From positions 24,304,001 through 24,368,000 of the forward strand of contig OZ024756.1 of the NCBI GenBank assembly GCA_964016885.1: a stretch of DNA of 64,000 nucleotides, read 5' to 3'. A program made the position numbers and the translations under genes. The notes beneath the pieces are model-generated. The model saw only the letters and a list, made by a program, of their open reading frames with translations, was not told the origin of the DNA and searched no databases. The DNA is from Eledone cirrhosa. Its lineage: Eukaryota. Position 1 is the first letter of the stretch, and every line of letters begins with the position of its first letter. Shown here piece after piece: positions 27,690 to 44,299 of this stretch.

Positions 27690-29236
27690 TGATTATTTCA
27701 TACGAATAAAACAGTTCTAGTCCTGTAGAAATCATTTCTATATAAAATGAAAATTAAAAAATGCCTATACTCTACCAAAGAATTGAGTACCCTTTTTAAT
27801 TGTGGTTACCCCCCCCCCCCCCAGTCCCCCGATACAACTCGGGAATCTACATACATGTAATATATATATACTTTATTATGGTACTCTTCACAGGATCATC
27901 AGACAAGACAGTCTTGTCCGATTATCCTGTGAGGCGTACGCTTGTGAAACTCCAGAGTAACAGTCCACAGCCATAATAGAGAAGATTATTAAACCCTACT
28001 TCGGTATTGAGTACGTGGCAAACTGGCGTATACCTTACTAGGTACTCCGAGTTTTTATGTGTATATGATTTAGTTAGTCACAGAATATATGTTGAAAATT
28101 CGGAATCTATTTTGAGTATAATTGCGATTCTAAACATTAAAATTGTAACAAGATAAGAGATAAAACACACACTTGTTTTCAGTTCAAAATAGTATGTCTA
28201 TAAAAACGGAGACTATGGATATTATAAGTCATCTTGCCGAGGTCAACTTTGCTTTTCATCCTTCCAGTATCAATGTTACTATACCGTAAATATATAGCAC
28301 TTGTTCATTCGTATGAAATCATTCCTGATGATTTCATAGGAATGAAACAGTTCTAGTCCTGTAAAAGTCATTGCTATATAAAATTCTATAGCTCCACAGT
28401 CCTATGGACTGAGTGCTCTACTTACTACGAACATAAATAACCTCCCGGTATTCTTCCACTGTTTCTATATATATATATATATATAGAAAAGGCTTCTACA
28501 GGACTAGAACTGTTTCATTCGGGAGAAATCATCAGGAAGCCCATGTGGTTACCCCCGATTGAACCCGGGATAAACTTATATATATATATAATAAAATTAC
28601 ATAAACAAAACATTTTTGTTGTTGCCTGTTTCCGCCTCATTCTAATAGCTACACTCCCATATAAAACGTAAATAATTGTTTCTACTTTTGGCACAAGGCC
28701 AGCAAATACCCAGTGCATTACTGGTACTTTATTTTATCGACCCCGTAAGGATGAAAGGCAAAGTTAACCTCGGCGTGATTTGAACTCGTGATATAAAACG
28801 TAAATAATGCAATCCTTTAATTATATATATTTATATTTTTTTTAAATGGTTCGATGTGATAGTCCTTAAAATTTCTGGTATGTTAACCTAAAATATTTGG
28901 AATTACATCACAGCAGCCATGCATTTGAAGATTCGGAAATAAAAAACAACAGAATAATGGGACTTCTGAATGTTTCATTTCTTAATCTTACTTATACGAA
29001 CATAACTTCTAGGACTTCTAAAGATTTATAAAATTGGCGACAATTAATAACACAAAAATATATATAAATTGTATTATATTGGTGTGTTACGTTCCTGCTC
29101 CTTATTACTATCATGTAATGATGATTTTCTTCGCATGAAACAGTTCTAGTCCTGTAGTTGCCATTTCTATATTAAATTTGTCGTTTACACTCTACTAATG
29201 TATTGAGTACCTTACTACTGTGTTTACCCCCGATTG
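27690..29236. mobile_element. Cluster of degenerate hammerhead-bearing elements: family A at ~27690-27810, 28303-28430, 28489-28575 and 29119-29236; family C at 27888-28050
   Basis: Recurrent (G)AAACAGTTCTAGTCCTGTA and (T)ATTGAGTAC motifs, with short inverted arms at 27888-27932 and 28304-28346. Confidence 0.65.
28491..28541 (-). ncRNA. Type I hammerhead ribozyme (family A)
   Basis: The minus strand reads GGCTTC-CTGATGA-T-TTC-TCCC-GAA-T-GAAACAG-TTCTAGTC-CTGTA-GAAGCC, with a perfect 6-bp stem I whose sequence differs from the 30782 copy (covariation). Confidence 0.75.
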
Positions 29237-29378
29237 CCTTTCGTCCTTACGGGATCGATAAAATAAAGTACCAGTAACGCATTGGTGTCGATTTAATCGA
29301 CCGACCCCCCCCCCCCCCCCCCAAAATTGTTGGCCCTGTGCCTTATTCAGAAACCTATATATATGCATGTGTGTGTGT

Positions 29379-29428
29379 TCTTGTCTGATGACCCTGTGAG
29401 AAGCAGGTGAAACTTCACAGTAACAAGA
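29379..29428 (+). ncRNA. Type I hammerhead ribozyme (family C), intact core
   Basis: Stem I TCTTGT/ACAAGA; CTGATGA at 29385-29391; stem II C-CCTG-TGAGAAG-CAGG-T; GAAA; stem III ACT-TCAC-AGT; GTA triplet with predicted cleavage at 29422/29423. Confidence 0.75.
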
Positions 29429-29921
29429 TTTACTATTTAACCTTAATAAAATGAATATATATGTGTGTAGTTTAAATGAATACACGATACATTAATTCAA
29501 GTATATATTTTATTAATATTTACATCTCAACGATGTTTCATTCGTATTTATGATAGTTAGATAGATGAATGGATAGATAGATAAATGGCTACATAGATAA
29601 AACAAGCTAACGATGGTGCCTGTATGTGGTCGTTTGATCTGTTAAAAATAGTAACTAAATCATACCTTTATTGTCTTCGGAAAAAAAGGACACGTTGGTG
29701 AACGACGTAGTCATAAATAAACTGTCAGAGAAAAAAAAAAGGATAGCTTCGTCTGAAGACCATAGTTCTGCTCGATCAAAACTAACCCGGGGCTAAACAA
29801 CAACAAAGACTCTGAAATGGGGTGTTAGCTATTCAGTTGCGTATTTTTCCCTCTGTGTGTTATTGTTTACTGACCAAGTTAAGTAACCTTTGGTTAAAGA
29901 CATTCCAGCCATGACCATCTC

Positions 29922-29990
<69 letters not shown>

Positions 29991-30607
29991 TAGAGAATCG
30001 GGGCCCGACGGCTGGCTCTATCTCAAGTATCGAGTACAATAATGATCTTACTGGTGAATCTTGATCTATCTATGTGTGTGTGTGTAGGACTTGCATTAGT
30101 CAATGTCTTTCTTTTTTGAGGAAATATAGCTTCTATTTTTAGCTAGTTGTGTGACCTATGGAAATGCTTCCTTAGTTTCCTTTCCTATGCAATGTTATTC
30201 TTTAATCCACCTAAGCCTTGATTAAGCAAAGCAACGATCACAAACATTCCAGTAATGTTTATTCTGTCTTCTATCGATATTTATACACTGTAAGCTAAAC
30301 AACATCCAATGTATCTTTCCGTTTTATTTTGTGTTTTTCTAGCAAATCGAGCGAACACGTAGAAGGATTCGTGGATTAGATCGAGTTTACAAATACTCGC
30401 GCTAGATTGTGTTTAGATAAGATTGAAAAAAAAAAATCGATAAAATAAAGTACCTGTCATGTATTGAGGTCGTCGATATAACCAATGATACCCTGATATC
30501 CCCCTTCTACAGCTTTATACGTAGATTAGTACCTGTTAAATATTGAGGTCGATATAATCGACTTTCCACTTCCCCAGATATTGCTGGCCTTGCATCTAAA
30601 TTAGAAA

Positions 30608-30648
<41 letters not shown>

Positions 30649-30649
30649 G

Positions 30650-30851
30650 TTATTCCAGGTTGAATCGGAGGTAACCACAGTAAGTAAGGTACTCAATACA
30701 TAGAGTATAAAAGTTTTAATATAGATGAGATTCTACAGGACTAGAACTGTTTCATTCTTTAGAACTCATCATGAATCCCTCATGAGATTCCTGATGAGTT
30801 CTAAAGAATGAAACAGTTCTAGTCCTGTAGAATCTCATCTATATTAAAACT
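30650..30851. mobile_element. Family A Penelope-like remnant, inverted pair
   Basis: Perfect 60-bp inverted arms at 30712-30771 and 30792-30851. The tail (GTAACCACAGTAAGTAAGGTACTCAATAC) matches the copy at 714-845. There is (TA)n on both sides. Confidence 0.7.
30782..30838 (+). ncRNA. Type I hammerhead ribozyme (family A), intact core
   Basis: Stem I ATGAGATTC/GAATCTCAT (9 bp); core CTGATGA at 30791-30797; stem II GTTC-TAAA-GAAT; GAAA; stem III ACAG-TTCTAGTC-CTGT; GTA triplet with predicted cleavage at 30829/30830. Confidence 0.8.
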
Positions 30852-30979
30852 ATATATATATATATAAATGAAAAGTATAGAAATTATTGTAGCAAGAAGC
30901 CAACAGTATTCCATAATATATATGTAGATATACAATATATTAATAAATGGAAACTATATTTATAAAACCATATTTATTT

Positions 30980-31011
<32 letters not shown>

Positions 31012-31084
31012 TTTTCATCTTGATGTTATAGTCACTTATATGTCTGAATTACTGTCGGCTTCTTGCTTACATTAATTTCTCTAT

Positions 31085-31180
<96 letters not shown>

Positions 31181-32878
31181 TGTTTATTGTATAGCAATAA
31201 ACACTTTCATAAATCGTTTGTTTTTTTTCTTCGTTCTGTTTCATTTTATGTAAAAAAAAAAAAAAGAAATCCCCACGAATTTTATCACCCGTCTTTGTAA
31301 TGTAACCCCCGCGACATTCGTCACCTTTATAGCAAATAAAAGAACCTATTATTATTATTATTATCATTGCTATTATATGAGTGCGTGGTGGTTAATTTAT
31401 AGAATAGATGTCATATCTCTCATGTGATATATTTTTGGAGGGGAGGGCTATTAACGTTTTTGAAAAAAAACAGCTTCAAGAGAAAACAATACATACATAT
31501 AGATATATAAAGAAATCACTCTCTCTATATATAATATTATATAAATATATAAAATATTTTAAGGCTGTTGTTTTGAAATTCAATTTAACCAGAAAGGAAG
31601 TCTAGCAGCAAGCAACCTTTACATTTAGTGCGGGACTTGAAAAAGTAATTATATTTCGTTACTTTCTCTCATTTCCTGTCTCCAGCCAAGCCACAATAAC
31701 AACAATTACAATAATAATAACAATACCAATCTAACGAAAACAAAAAGAACCTCAGGTCTGCTTGCTTCTAGTATTGAAACACGTTCGTACATTGTAACAT
31801 TTATTTTCTAGCTCCCTTTGTCTGCGTGTTTTGTATTTATTAATCATACATGAGAAACACATAACCTTCTCTTAATTATGACGAAACTATTCACCCACCC
31901 CTTTCACTCCATCCATTTCTCTCTCTGATATTTTATATTTTTCTTCTTCAACTACGATGTTGGTATGTCTATATTGTATTTTGTCTCTTTAGATTAACGA
32001 CAATTCTGTAAATATATATAGAAATAAATAAATACACCAACGTAACTAAACATCAGTTCTATATTCATAATTTATGTGTGTACACCCTCCCACTCTAGTT
32101 AAATATCTCTATAGTGCCCATTTTAGATTTAACAACACCACAATTGCGACTGCGTTATGCATTCATACTTACATGTATATATATATATATATGTATATAT
32201 GTATATGTATATTATATGTATATGTATATTATATGTATATGTATATATTATGTATGTGTATATATTATGTATATGTATATATTATGTATATGTATATATT
32301 ATGTATATGTATATATTTTATATATGTATATATTTTATATATGTATATATTATATATATGTATATATTATATATATGTATATATTATATATATGTATATA
32401 TTATATATATGTATATATTATATATATGTATATATTATATATATGTATATATTATATATATGTATATATTATATATATGTATATATTATATATATGTATA
32501 TATTATATATATGTATATTATATATTATGTATATTATATATTATATATATGTATATATTATATATATGTATATTATATATTATATATATGTATATATATT
32601 ATATATATGTATATATATTATATATATGTATATATATTATATATATGTATATATATTATATATATATGTATATATATTATATATATATGTATATATATTA
32701 TATATATATGTATATATATTATATATATATGTATATATATTATATATATATGTATATATATTATTTATATATATGTATATATATTATTTATATATATGTA
32801 TATATATTATTTATATATATGTATATATATTATTTATAAATATGTATATATATTATTTATATATATATATATTATATG

Positions 32879-32909
<31 letters not shown>

Positions 32910-35900
32910 TTATATATATGTATATATATTATATATGTATATATATTATATATTTATATATATGTATATATATTATATATATTATATATTTATATATATG
33001 TATATATATTATATATGTATATATATTATATATTTATATATATGTATATATATTATATATATATTATATATTTATATATATGTATATATATTATATATTT
33101 ATATATATGTATATATATTATATATGTATATATATTATATATATATATATGTATATATATTATATATATATATATGTATATATATTATATATATGTATAT
33201 ATATATGTATATATATTATATATATGTATATATATTATATATATGTATATATATTATATATATGTATATATATTATATATATGTATGTATATTATATATG
33301 TATATATATTATATATATTATATATGTATATATGTATATTATATATGTATGTATATTATATATGTATATATATTATATATATGTATATATATTATATATA
33401 TGTATATATATTATATATATGTATATATATTATATATATGTATATATATTATATATATGTATATATATTATATATATGTATATATATTATATATATGTAT
33501 ATATATTATATATATGTATATATATTTATATATATGTATATATATTATATATATGTATATATATTTATATATATGTATATATATTATATATATTATATAT
33601 GTATATATATTATATATGTATATATATTATATATGTATATTATATATGTATATATGTATATATATTATATATATGTATATATATTATATATGTATATATG
33701 TATATTATATATGTATATATATTATATATATGTATATATATTATATATATGTATATATATTATTTATATATTATATATATATATATATTATATATATGTA
33801 TATATATTATTTATATATATGTATATATATTATATATATGTATATATATTATATATATGTATATATATTATATATATGTATATATATTATATATATGTGT
33901 ATATATTATGTATATATATTATTTATATATATGTATATATATTATATATATGTATATATATTATGTATATGTATATATATTATTTATATATATGTATATA
34001 TTATATATATATATGTATATATATTATTTATATATATGTATATATATTATGTATATGTATATATATTATTTATATATATGTATATATATTATGTATATGT
34101 ATATATATTATGTATATGTATATATATTATTTATATATATGTATATATATTATGTATATGTATATATATTATGTATATGTATATATATTATTTATATATA
34201 TGTATATATATTATTTATATATATGTATATATATTATTTATATATATGTATATATATTATTTATATATATGTATATATATTATTTATATATATGTATATA
34301 TATTATTTATATATATGTATATATATTTATATATATGTATATATATTTATATATATGTATATGTATATATATTATTTATATGTATATGTATATATATTAT
34401 TTATATGTATATGTATATATATTATATATATGTATATGTATATATATTATATATATGTATATATATATATATGTATATGTATATATATTATATATATGTA
34501 TATGTATATATATATATGTATATGTATATATATTATATATATGTATATGTATATATATTATATATATGTATATGTATATATATTATATATATGTATATAT
34601 ATTATATACATATATATGTATATGTATATATATATGTATATGTATATATATGTATATGTATATGTATATATATGTATATGTATATATATTATATATATGT
34701 ATATATATGTATATGTATATATATTATATATATGTATATGTATTATATATATGTATATGTATTATATATATGTATATGTATATATATTATATATATGTAT
34801 ATGTATATATATTATATATATGTATATGTATATATATTATATATATGTATATGTATATATATTATATATATGTATATGTATATATATTATATATATGTAT
34901 ATGTATATATATTATATATATGTATATGTATATATATTATATATATGTATATGTATATATATTATATATATGTATATGTATATATATTATATATATGTAT
35001 ATGTATATATATTATATATATGTATATATATTATATACATATATATGTATATATATTATATACATATATATGTATATATATTATATACATATATGTATAT
35101 ATATTATATACATATATGTATATATATGTATATATATTATATATATATGTATATATATTATATATATATATATGTATATATATGTATATATATTATATAT
35201 ATATATGTATATATTTATATATATATATATGTATATATATATGTAATATATATTTATATATATATGTATATATATTATATATATATATATGTATATATAT
35301 TATATATATATATATGTATATATATTATATATATATATATGTATATATATTATATATATATTTATATATATGTATATATATTATATATATATATATATGT
35401 ATATATATTATATATATATATATTTATATATATATATATGTATATATATTATATATATATATATTATATATATATATATGTATATATATTATATATATAT
35501 ATATTATATATATGTATATATATATATATATGTATATATATTATATATATATATATGTATATATATTATATATATATATATTATATATATATATATGTAT
35601 ATATATTAATATATGTATATATATTATATATATATATATGTATATATATTATATATATGTATATATATTATATGTATATATATTATATATATATATATGT
35701 ATGTATATTATATATATGTATATATATTTATATATATATATGTATATACATTATATATATGTAGTATATTATATATATGTATATTATATATATGTATATT
35801 ATATATTGTATATATATATATGTATATTATAAATTGTATATATATATGTATATTATATATATGTATATATATATATATGTATATATATATATGTATATAT

Positions 35901-36248
35901 ATATATGTATATTATATATATGTTATATATGTATATTATATGTATATTATATGTATATATATGTATATATATGTATATTATATATGATATATATATATAT
36001 ATGTATATATATGATATATATGTATATATATGTATATATGTATAATATATGTATATATATATATATGTATATTATATATATGTATATATATATATGTATA
36101 TATATATATGTATATATATATATGTATATATATATATATGTATATATATATATGTATATATATATATATGTATATATATATATGTATATTATATATATGA
36201 TATATATGTATATTATATGTATATATATGTATATTATATGTATATATG

Positions 36249-36295
<47 letters not shown>

Positions 36296-36398
36296 GTATA
36301 TATATGTATATATGTATATATATGTATATATATATATATATATGTATATATATTATATATGTATATATATGTATACTATATATATATGTATATATATG

Positions 36399-36430
<32 letters not shown>

Positions 36431-36441
36431 GTATATATATG

Positions 36442-36474
<33 letters not shown>

Positions 36475-36500
36475 GTATATATTATATATGTATATATATG

Positions 36501-36535
<35 letters not shown>

Positions 36536-36864
36536 GTATATATATGTATATATATATATATATGTATATATATACTATATGTATATATATGTATATATAT
36601 ATATATGTATATATGTATATATATATATATATGTAATATATATATATATGTATATATGTATTATATATAGTATATATATGTATTATATATATGTATATAT
36701 ATGTATATTATATATATGTATATATATGTATATTATATATATGTATATATGTATTTATGTTATATATATATATATGTATATATATGTATATTATATATAT
36801 GTATATTATGTATAATATATATATTATATATATGTATTATATATGTATATATATGTATATTATA

Positions 36865-36917
<53 letters not shown>

Positions 36918-37137
36918 TATATATATGTATATATATATGTATATATATATGTATATTATATATGTATATATATATGTATATATATATGTATATTATATGT
37001 ATGTATATATAATATATGTATATATATATGTATATTATATGTATGTATATATATATGTACATATATATGTATATTATATACTATGTATATATATATGTAT
37101 ATATATGTATATTATATATATGTAGTATATATATATG

Positions 37138-37168
<31 letters not shown>

Positions 37169-37279
37169 GTATGTATATATGTATATATATGTATATATAT
37201 GTATATATATGTATAATATATATATATATATATGTATATATATATGTATATATATATATATGTATATATAATATATATG

Positions 37280-37326
<47 letters not shown>

Positions 37327-37450
37327 GTATATATATATGTATATATATATATATGTATATATATATGTATGTATATTATATATGTATATATATATATATG
37401 TATATATATATATAGTATATATATATATATATGTATTATATATATATATG

Positions 37451-37481
<31 letters not shown>

Positions 37482-37500
37482 GTAATTATATATATATATG

Positions 37501-37599
<99 letters not shown>

Positions 37600-37623
37600 G
37601 GTATATATATATAGTATTTATAT

Positions 37624-37654
<31 letters not shown>

Positions 37655-37809
37655 GTATATATATAGTATATATATGTATATTATATATATATATATATTA
37701 TATGTATATATATATATTATATGTATAGTATATATATATGTATATATATATATATATATGTATGTATATATATTATGTATATATTTATATATGTATATAT
37801 ATATATATG

Positions 37810-37864
<55 letters not shown>

Positions 37865-37896
37865 TATATATATGTATGTATATATATGTATATATG

Positions 37897-37927
<31 letters not shown>

Positions 37928-38045
37928 GTATATATATATGTATGTATATATATATGTATATATATATATATATATATAGTATATATGTATATATATATAT
38001 ATGTATATATATATATGTATATATATATATGTATATATATATATG

Positions 38046-38078
<33 letters not shown>

Positions 38079-38091
38079 GTATATATATATG

Positions 38092-38138
<47 letters not shown>

Positions 38139-38156
38139 GTATATATATTATATATG

Positions 38157-38187
<31 letters not shown>

Positions 38188-38202
38188 GTATATATATATA
38201 TG

Positions 38203-38250
<48 letters not shown>

Positions 38251-38263
38251 GTATATATATATG

Positions 38264-38294
<31 letters not shown>

Positions 38295-38335
38295 GTATAT
38301 ATATATGTATATATATATTTATGTATATAATATGT

Positions 38336-38369
<34 letters not shown>

Positions 38370-38484
38370 ATATATATATGTATATATATATATATTTATA
38401 TATATATTATATTATATATATAGTATGATATATATTTATTATATTATATATATTTATATATATATATATATGTATATATATTTA

Positions 38485-38516
<32 letters not shown>

Positions 38517-38544
38517 TTTTATATAGATATATATATGTATATAT

Positions 38545-38744
38545 NNNNNNNNNNNNNNNNNNNNNNNNNNNNNNNNNNNNNNNNNNNNNNNNNNNNNNNN
38601 NNNNNNNNNNNNNNNNNNNNNNNNNNNNNNNNNNNNNNNNNNNNNNNNNNNNNNNNNNNNNNNNNNNNNNNNNNNNNNNNNNNNNNNNNNNNNNNNNNNN
38701 NNNNNNNNNNNNNNNNNNNNNNNNNNNNNNNNNNNNNNNNNNNN
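38545..38744. other. Assembly gap (200 N)
   Basis: A run of N; the round size suggests a scaffolding join of unknown true length. Confidence 0.99.
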
Positions 38745-39049
38745 CAAATTCAGAAACGAAATATTATATATATATTATATAAATTATATATATATATATA
38801 TATAAATTATAATATATATAATTATATATTTTATATAAATTATATAATATATATATTATATATATATATTATATATATATATATATTATATATATACTAT
38901 ATATTATATAAATTATATACTATATTATATATATATATTATATATATATATATATAATATATATATTATATATATATATATTATATATATATATATATTA
39001 TTATATATATATTATATATATATATATTATATATATATATATTATATTA

Positions 39050-39143
<94 letters not shown>

Positions 39144-39426
39144 ATTATATATAATATATTATATAATATATATTATATAATATTATATATATTATATATA
39201 TATATAATATATATTATATAATATAATATATTATATATATATTATATAATATATATATATTAAATATAATTATATATATATATTATATATATTATATATA
39301 TATTTATTATATATATTATATATTATATATATTTATATTATATATATATTATACATATATATATATTATATATATATATTATATATATATTATATAATAT
39401 ATATATATATATTATATATATATATA

Positions 39427-39478
<52 letters not shown>

Positions 39479-39828
39479 ATATAATATATTATATATATTA
39501 TATATATATTATATTGATATATATATATATATATATAATATATATATATATAGTATATATATATTATATATATATTTATATATATATTATATATATATTA
39601 TATATATATTATATATATATATATATTATATATATATTATAATATATATATTTATATATATATTATATATATATTATATATTATATTATATATATATATT
39701 ATATATATATATTATATATATATATTATATATATATATTATATATTTATATTATATATATATATTATATATATATATTATATATTTATATAGTATATATA
39801 TATTTATATATATATTTATATATATATT

Positions 39829-39859
<31 letters not shown>

Positions 39860-39993
39860 ATTTATATATATATATATATTATTTATATATATATATTATA
39901 TATATATTTATATATATATATATATTTATATATTATATATATATTTATATATACATATATATTTATATATACATATATATTTATATATATATT

Positions 39994-40045
<52 letters not shown>

Positions 40046-40370
40046 ATATTATATTATATATATATATATATTTATATATATATTATATATTTATATATAT
40101 ATTATATATATTATATATATATTATATATTTATATATATATTATATATTTATATATATATTATATATTTATATATATATTATATATTTATATATATATTA
40201 TATATTTATATATATATTATATATTTATATATATATTATATATTTATATATATATTATATATTTATATATATACATTATATAATATATATATATATTATA
40301 TATATATTTATATTATATATATATATATATATTATATAATATATATATATTATATATATATATTATATAT

Positions 40371-40402
<32 letters not shown>

Positions 40403-40423
40403 AATATATATATTATATATATA

Positions 40424-40464
<41 letters not shown>

Positions 40465-40653
40465 TATTATATATATATAATATATATATATAATATATAT
40501 ATATATAATTATATATATATATTATATATATAATATATATATATTATATATATATATTATATATTATATATATATATTATATATATTATATATATATAAT
40601 ATATATATATATATTATATTATATATATTATATATATATATTATATATATATT

Positions 40654-40695
<42 letters not shown>

Positions 40696-40706
40696 ATTAT
40701 ATATAT

Positions 40707-40739
<33 letters not shown>

Positions 40740-41036
40740 ATATATATATAATATATATATATTTATATTATATATTATATATTATTATATATATATATAT
40801 ATATTATATATATATAATATATATATATATATTATATATATATTATATATATATATTATATATATATTATATATATATAATATATATATATAATAATATA
40901 TATATATATATTATATATATATATTATATATATATTATATTATATATATATATATATATAATATATATTATATATATATAATATATATATATATATAATA
41001 TATATATATATATAATATATATATATATATTATATA

Positions 41037-41079
<43 letters not shown>

Positions 41080-41167
41080 ATATTATATATATATATTATA
41101 TATATATATTATATATATATATTATATATATATATTATATATATATATTATATATATATATTATATA

Positions 41168-41215
<48 letters not shown>

Positions 41216-41300
41216 ATATATATATTATATATATATATTATATATATATATATATATTATTTATATATATTATATATATATATATATTATATATATATAT

Positions 41301-41332
<32 letters not shown>

Positions 41333-41421
41333 ATATATATTATATATATCTATATATATATTATATAATATATATATATTATATATATATATATATATTA
41401 TGTATATATATATATTATATA

Positions 41422-41522
<101 letters not shown>

Positions 41523-41671
41523 ATATATATTATATATATTATATATATATATATTATATATATATATATATATTATATATATATATTATATATATATTAT
41601 ATATATATATATATTATATATATTATATATATATATATATATATTATTTATATATATATATATATATATTA

Positions 41672-41720
<49 letters not shown>

Positions 41721-41750
41721 ATATATTATATATATTATTATATATATTAT

Positions 41751-41826
<76 letters not shown>

Positions 41827-41879
41827 TATATATATATATATATATTATATATATATATATATATTATATATATTATATA

Positions 41880-41923
<44 letters not shown>

Positions 41924-41935
41924 ATATATATATAT

Positions 41936-41968
<33 letters not shown>

Positions 41969-42043
41969 ATATATATTATATATATATTATATATATTATA
42001 TATATATATATATATTATATATATATATATATATTATATATAT

Positions 42044-42074
<31 letters not shown>

Positions 42075-42100
42075 ATATATATATATATATTATATATATA

Positions 42101-42186
<86 letters not shown>

Positions 42187-42447
42187 ATATATTATATATA
42201 TATATTATATATATATATTATATTATATATATATATTATATATATATATATATTATATATATATATATATTATATATTATATATATATTATATATATATA
42301 TATATATTATATATATATATATATTATATATATATATTATATATATATATATATTATATATATATATATATTATATATATATATATATTATATATATATA
42401 TATATATTATATATATTTATATATATATATTATATATATATATATAT

Positions 42448-42479
<32 letters not shown>

Positions 42480-42622
42480 ATATATTATATATATATATAT
42501 ATTATATATATATATATTATATATATATATATATTATATATATATAGTATATTATATATATATATATATTATATATATATATATATTATATATATATATA
42601 TATATTATATATATATATATAT

Positions 42623-42654
<32 letters not shown>

Positions 42655-42889
42655 ATATATTATATATATATATATATATTATATATATATATATATTATA
42701 TATATATTATATATATTATATATATATTATATATATATATATATATTATATATATATATATATTATATATATTATATATATTATATATATATTATATATA
42801 TATATATATATATTATATATATTATATATTATATATATATATATATATTATATATATATATATATTATATATATATATATATTATATAT

Positions 42890-42920
<31 letters not shown>

Positions 42921-43043
42921 ATATATATTATATATATATTATATATATATATATATATATTATATATAATATATATTATATATATATATATATATTATAT
43001 ATATATATTATATATATATTATATATTATATATATATATATAT

Positions 43044-43077
<34 letters not shown>

Positions 43078-43147
43078 ATATTATATATATATATATATAT
43101 ATTATATAATATATATATATATATTATATATATATATATTATATATA

Positions 43148-43193
<46 letters not shown>

Positions 43194-43211
43194 ATATATA
43201 TATATATATAT

Positions 43212-43243
<32 letters not shown>

Positions 43244-43288
43244 ATATATATTATATATATATAATATATTATATATATATATATATAT

Positions 43289-43320
<32 letters not shown>

Positions 43321-43372
43321 ATATTATATATATATATATATTATATATATATATATATATTATATATATATA

Positions 43373-43415
<43 letters not shown>

Positions 43416-43585
43416 ATATTATATATATATATATATTATATATATATATATATATATATTATATTATATATATATTATATATATATATATTATATATATA
43501 TATATATTATATTTATATACTATATATATTATTATATATATATATATTATATTTATAGATATATATATATATATTATATTTATAG

Positions 43586-43621
<36 letters not shown>

Positions 43622-43640
43622 ATATATATTATATTTATAG

Positions 43641-43678
<38 letters not shown>

Positions 43679-43697
43679 ATATATATTATATTTATAG

Positions 43698-43729
<32 letters not shown>

Positions 43730-43868
43730 TATATATATATATATTATATTTATAGATATATATATTATATTTATATATATATATATTATATATTATATAT
43801 ATTATATATTATATATATATATATTAATATATTTCTATATTATATATATATATATATTATATATATAT

Positions 43869-43900
<32 letters not shown>

Positions 43901-43915
43901 ATATTATATATATAT

Positions 43916-43947
<32 letters not shown>

Positions 43948-44113
43948 ATATTATATATATATATTATATATATTATATATATATATATATTATATATATA
44001 TATATATTATATATATATTATATATATATATATTATATATATATATATTATATATATATATTATATTATATATATATTATATATATATTATATATATATA
44101 TATTATATATATC

Positions 44114-44146
<33 letters not shown>

Positions 44147-44158
44147 ATATATATTATA

Positions 44159-44245
<87 letters not shown>

Positions 44246-44268
44246 ATATATTACATATATATATATAT

Positions 44269-44299
<31 letters not shown>

